From the NCBI GenBank assembly GCA_963767925.1, contig CAVYGB010000002.1, positions 1,824,001 to 1,888,000 on the forward strand: DNA of 64,000 bases, given 5' to 3'. The stretch comes from an uncultured delta proteobacterium. Its GTDB lineage: Bacteria > Myxococcota_A > Polyangia > Fen-1088. How positions within the stretch are numbered: the first letter of the stretch is position 1; every line of letters starts with the position of its first letter. Both the position numbers and the translations under genes were made by a program. Below the pieces are notes generated by a model that saw only the letters and a program-made list of their open reading frames with translations, had not been told where the DNA came from and did not search any database. Shown here one piece after another: positions 60,029 to 64,000 of the stretch.

Positions 60029-61015
60029 CTAGCTGCAGGTGCCGTCGGGGCGGCAGGTGCGGCCGTCGGTGCAGGAGTTGGGGTCGATGCCGGGAGGGAG
60101 GCGGACGCAGGTGCCGCCCGGGCTCAGGCAGGTCTGACAGGTGCCGCAGGAGGCCTGCTGGCAACAGCTCCCGTCGACGCAGTTGCCGCTGGCACACTGC
60201 TCGGGGTGGGCGCAGGCGGTCCCGAGCGCCTGCAGGACGTAGCAGCGGCCGCCGGCGCAGTAGCGGTCGGCGGGGCAGGGGGGGCGGCCGGGGCCGCAGC
60301 CGCCGGCGCACAGGGCGCCGGCGCAGCCCATCCCGAAGCACTGGACCTCGAGCCGCTTGCCACACAGGCCGGTGCCGGTGCAGGTCCCGCGGGTGCGCGA
60401 GAAGTTCCCCCCGCTGTCGCAGCTCGGCGCCACGCACTCGGTCTCTTCCCCCGGGTACCGGCAGCGCGCGCCGTCCTGGCCGTCGCAGGACCCCGCGCAG
60501 GGCGGGGTGCCACCCATGCAGGCCGGCCGGCCCCCCTGGGGCGCGCCCAGCACGGGGCTGCACTGGCCGCGCTTGCCCTCGATCACGCACGACTCGCAGA
60601 TCCCTGGACAGGCGCCGCCGCAGCACACGCCGTCGACACAGAACCCGGAGCCACACTGGGCGGCCCGCTCGCAGGCCTGTCCCACCATCCGCAGCCCCGT
60701 GCCGCCGTCCGACACCGGCGGCGCGATCGGGCTGGCGTCCGCGCCCGGCGCCGCGGCGTCGACCGCGGCCGATGGCGGCGTCGGCTGGGGCGGCAGTGGA
60801 TCGATGGGGGGCGAGCCAGGCGGCGGCTCCGTCGGCTCCGTGATCACCGTCGGTCCGCCGTCGAGCCCGGCCACCGCCCGGCGCCCGCCGGAGGCGGTCG
60901 CCTCACCGTTGTTTCCGGTGAGCGCCCGGTCCAGCCCGTCGTCCTTGATCGAGCAGGCGCCGACGCCGAGCAGACACACGGCCAGTGCAAACCCGCGACG
61001 TATCGATTGGGGCAT
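60029..61015 (-). CDS. Cys-rich lipoprotein
   Basis: Lipobox VGAC; CGSGFCVDGVCC and CASGNCVDGSCC repeats. Confidence 0.85.
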   Translation of the reverse strand: MPQSIRRGFALAVCLLGVGACSIKDDGLDRALTGNNGEATASGGRRAVAGLDGGPTVITEPTEPPPGSPPIDPLPPQPTPPSAAVDAAAPGADASPIAPPVSDGGTGLRMVGQACERAAQCGSGFCVDGVCCGGACPGICESCVIEGKRGQCSPVLGAPQGGRPACMGGTPPCAGSCDGQDGARCRYPGEETECVAPSCDSGGNFSRTRGTCTGTGLCGKRLEVQCFGMGCAGALCAGGCGPGRPPCPADRYCAGGRCYVLQALGTACAHPEQCASGNCVDGSCCQQASCGTCQTCLSPGGTCVRLPPGIDPNSCTDGRTCRPDGTCS

Positions 61016-61524
61016 GTTCGTCCGTCTCGAGAAGCGGCATGATTGGACGACACTCACCTACCGGTCAATCCGAAACGCCCCCATGTCATGAGCCGTCCGA
61101 CCGCGTCTGGCGGTCACGCACCGCCCGCGTCCCGGCGTGGACGGTCGTACCGGCAACCGACCGATGAAAGCACCGCAAATTTCGGTTCGGGTGGTGACGC
61201 CGAGCCGGTTCCGTCACGCGTTCGCGCATGGCGCGTCTGTGCCCGCCGATGAACGAACCGAACCTCTGCGCGCCGGCGCGCCTCGGTGAGGTCGAACCGG
61301 ACCGAGTCCGCGCACTCCGGATGAACCTGGCGGAATGAACCGGCGGAATCGACCGAGCCGAACCGTCATCTCAGGTCGATCCCGGCTGCGCTCTGCCAGG
61401 GCGGCCTGCGCATTCTCGATCCCGTCGAGCAAAGAACGTGTTTAAATAACATCCCCCATCGAACTGCCGAAGGTGATGGAGACGAGATGGGCGTCGGGGA
61501 CGTAGCGGGAGAAAAAGGATGGTC

Positions 61525-61683
61525 ATGATGAAGGTTCGATCCGTGCCGTGGCGAGCCGCCCTGTGGACCATCGCCACGATCGGGGCCGTCTGGATGCTGT
61601 CCTCCCGGGACACCGACACGACGAAGACCGCCGACCAGACCCTCGACCCCCTCGCCATCCCGGCCCCCGCGCCCGGCCGCTGA
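61525..61683 (+). CDS. Small membrane peptide (52 aa)
   Basis: AAGGA RBS; MMKVRSVPWRAALWTIATIGAVWMLSS...; hairpin after the stop. Not in the ORF track. Confidence 0.5.
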   Translation: MMKVRSVPWRAALWTIATIGAVWMLSSRDTDTTKTADQTLDPLAIPAPAPGR

Positions 61684-61749
61684 CCGTAGGGCGGGGCCCG
61701 CCCGGCCCCCCAAGCTGACCCCTCCCCCCCGGCGGCCGAGCGCTTCCGC

Positions 61750-62024
61750 GGCTCCTGCGCGTTCGTCATGCCGGCGAGGGGCTTTCGCTCGTGCGGCCGG
61801 GGCGCTACGCGCCGCGGCCGGCGCTGGGCCTCACCTGCAGGGTGTTCCCGGCGTGGTTGCTGGCAGCGTTCGTCGTGCGCGAGCTTCCCCTCGCGACTCT
61901 GCGCTGGCTCGTTCTGGCGGTGGTGGTCTACACTGCGCTCGCCATGCTGCGGGCGGGGCTTTCGCCATCCCGGCGGGACGCTCGGCCGGCGCCGGCGGGA
62001 ACCTCCTCAGAAAATCAGCCCTGA
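61750..62024 (+). pseudogene. C-terminal remnant of TauE/SafE (TSUP)-like transporter
   Basis: GSCAFVMP / ALGL / LPLATLRWLVLAVVVYTALAML in shifting frames. Confidence 0.55.
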
Positions 62025-62045
62025 GCCCAGCAAAGGTCGGTCTCG

Positions 62046-63545
62046 ATGGCCAATCCGCTCTTCGCGACAAAATCGGTCGATCAGCTCCGCTCTGACGCCG
62101 AACACTCCCACGGCTTCAAACGAACGCTCACGGCGCTGGACCTGGTGCTCCTGGGCGTCGGCGCCATCATCGGCACCGGCATCTTCGTGCTGACCGGGCG
62201 GGCCGCGGCGGTCAACGCCGGCCCGGCGGTGGCGCTCTCCTTCATCGTCGCCGGCACCGCCTCCGTCTTCGCCGGCCTCTGCTACGCCGAGATGGCCTCG
62301 ATGATCCCCATCGCCGGCAGCGCGTACACCTATTCCTACGCCACGATGGGCGAGCTGGTGGCCTGGATCATCGGCTGGGACCTCATCCTCGAATACCTGG
62401 TCGCCGCCGCCGCGGTCAGCGTCGGGTGGTCCGGCTACGTCGGGGCCTTCGTGCAGCACGCCTTCGGCGTCGAGCTGCCGAAGCAATGGGTGAACGCCCC
62501 CGTCACCTGGGCCGTCGACCACAACAGCTTCTGGGGCGGCTCCTTCGTCTCGACCGGCAACATGGTCAACTTGCCGGCCGTGCTGGTGGTGCTGGCGGTG
62601 ACCGCTGTCCTCGTCATCGGCATCAGGGAGTCGGCCCGCTTCAACGCCGTCATCGTCTTCATCAAGACGGCGGTCGTGCTCGCCTTCATCGCCGCCGCCG
62701 CCTCCTACGTTCGCCCCGAGAACTGGCAGCCCTTCATCCCACCGAACGAGGGGGTGTTCGGCCGCTTCGGCTACACCGGGATCTTGCAGGGCGCGACCAT
62801 GGTGTTCTTCGCCTACATCGGGTTCGACGCCGTCTCCACCGCCGCCCAGGAGACCCGCAACCCCCAGCGGGACCTGCCGATCGGCATCCTCGGCTCGCTG
62901 GCGGTGTGCACCGTCCTCTACATCGCGGTCTCGCTGATCTTGACCGGCGTCGTCCCCTACACCGAGCTCAACGTGCCCCACCCGATCTCGGTCGGCATCG
63001 CCGCCACCGGCATCGTCTGGATGCAGTTCGCGGTCGAGATCGGGGCCATCGCCGGTCTCACCTCGGTCATGCTGGTCATGCTCCTCGGGCAGCCGCGCAT
63101 CTTCTTCTCGATGGCCATGGACGGCCTGTTCCCCAAGGTCGCCACCAAGATCCACCCCCGCTTCGGCACGCCCTACGTCACCACCATCATCACCGGCATC
63201 GTGTGCGCCATCGCCGGCGGCATGTTGCCGATCGACGTGCTGGCCGAGCTGACCAGCATCGGCACCCTGTTCGCCTTCGTGCTGGTCTGCCTGGGCGTGC
63301 TGATCCTGCGCCTCAGGCGCCCCGAGATCCCCCGGATCTTCCGGGTCCCCGGGGGCTCTTACGCCGTCCCCATCCTCGGCGCCCTCACCTCGGGCGGCCT
63401 GATGTATTCGGCCACCACCCACACCATCATCCGGCTGTTCGCCTGGCTGGCGCTCGGCATGGTGTTCTACTTCTTCTACGGGCGCCGGCACTCCAAGCTG
63501 CGCCTGGCCGCCGCCGCCGCCGCCGCGACAAAGACCGGCGGCTAA
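62046..63545 (+). CDS. Amino acid permease (APC family)
   Basis: GAIIGTGIF, AGPA, CYAE, GSAYTY, FFAYIGFDAVST. Confidence 0.96.
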   Translation: MANPLFATKSVDQLRSDAEHSHGFKRTLTALDLVLLGVGAIIGTGIFVLTGRAAAVNAGPAVALSFIVAGTASVFAGLCYAEMASMIPIAGSAYTYSYATMGELVAWIIGWDLILEYLVAAAAVSVGWSGYVGAFVQHAFGVELPKQWVNAPVTWAVDHNSFWGGSFVSTGNMVNLPAVLVVLAVTAVLVIGIRESARFNAVIVFIKTAVVLAFIAAAASYVRPENWQPFIPPNEGVFGRFGYTGILQGATMVFFAYIGFDAVSTAAQETRNPQRDLPIGILGSLAVCTVLYIAVSLILTGVVPYTELNVPHPISVGIAATGIVWMQFAVEIGAIAGLTSVMLVMLLGQPRIFFSMAMDGLFPKVATKIHPRFGTPYVTTIITGIVCAIAGGMLPIDVLAELTSIGTLFAFVLVCLGVLILRLRRPEIPRIFRVPGGSYAVPILGALTSGGLMYSATTHTIIRLFAWLALGMVFYFFYGRRHSKLRLAAAAAAATKTGG

Positions 63546-63549
63546 ACCC

Positions 63550-64000
63550 GTGGGTCTCGCCGACCAGCTCCTGCGCCGCAAGCCCACCACCCAGGCGCTG
63601 AGCGAGGTGGAGGGCGCCGCCCTCGGGCTGCGCCGCTCCCTCGGGGCGATGGATCTGGCCCTGCTGGGCATCGGCGCCATCGTGGGGGCGGGCATCTTCT
63701 CCAGCACCGGGCAGATGGCCGCCGGCAGCCCCGACCACCCCGGGGCGGGCCCCGCCCTCTCGCTGTCGTACCTGCTGACCGCGCTGGTCTGCGGCTTCTC
63801 CGCCCTCTGCTACGCCGAGATCGCCGCCCTGGTCCCGGTGGCCGGCAGCGCCTACACCTACGCCTACGTCGCGCTCGGCGAGCTGGCCGCCTGGATCATC
63901 GGCTGGGACCTCATCATCGAATACGCCGTCGGCAACATCTACGTCGCCCAGAGCTGGGCCGATTACTTCCGATCGTTCTTGCGGGGCGCCTTCGACATCG
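63550..64000 (+). CDS. Second amino acid permease, runs off window end
   Basis: GAIVGAGIF, GAGPA, CYAE, GSAYTY, IIGWDLIIEY. Confidence 0.92.
   Translation, partial: MGLADQLLRRKPTTQALSEVEGAALGLRRSLGAMDLALLGIGAIVGAGIFSSTGQMAAGSPDHPGAGPALSLSYLLTALVCGFSALCYAEIAALVPVAGSAYTYAYVALGELAAWIIGWDLIIEYAVGNIYVAQSWADYFRSFLRGAFDI

Overview
Very GC-rich bacterial DNA. The gene content suggests Myxococcota (inference): Ser/Thr kinase, MYXO-CTERM-like tail, Cys-rich lipoproteins, DUF1592/DUF1552 pair, ECF-FecR-TPR module. Most of the window is metabolic or envelope genes: desaturase, M20 peptidase, sorbosone-type dehydrogenase, mannonate dehydratase, pseudouridine synthase, SDR, MBL hydrolase, nitrite/sulfite reductase, L,D-transpeptidase, GH114, GH95-like, pfkA and two amino-acid permeases. 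Highlights: (1) a five-gene ECF sigma / ZAS-FecR-TPR anti-sigma / small beta-barrel module whose two lipoproteins share an unrecognised C-x9-10-C-x2-C-x11-C repeat, with an identical promoter-like motif (T7CAAG-N16-AGAC) in front of both the operon and the target gene; (2) a nested mobile element at 21847-25076: an IS5-family element (22-bp TIRs, TTA duplication) containing a four-helix-bundle gene remnant, a hexamer-repeat hairpin and a complete group II intron whose EBS1 matches the AACACG repeat it sits in; (3) a putative metallopeptidase effector/immunity pair; (4) a tandem pair of CTAG-bounded MITEs; (5) many apparently leaderless genes; (6) several collapsed gene relics and frameshifts. 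No rRNA, tRNA or CRISPR array was seen. Family calls come from motif recognition by eye, not database searches.
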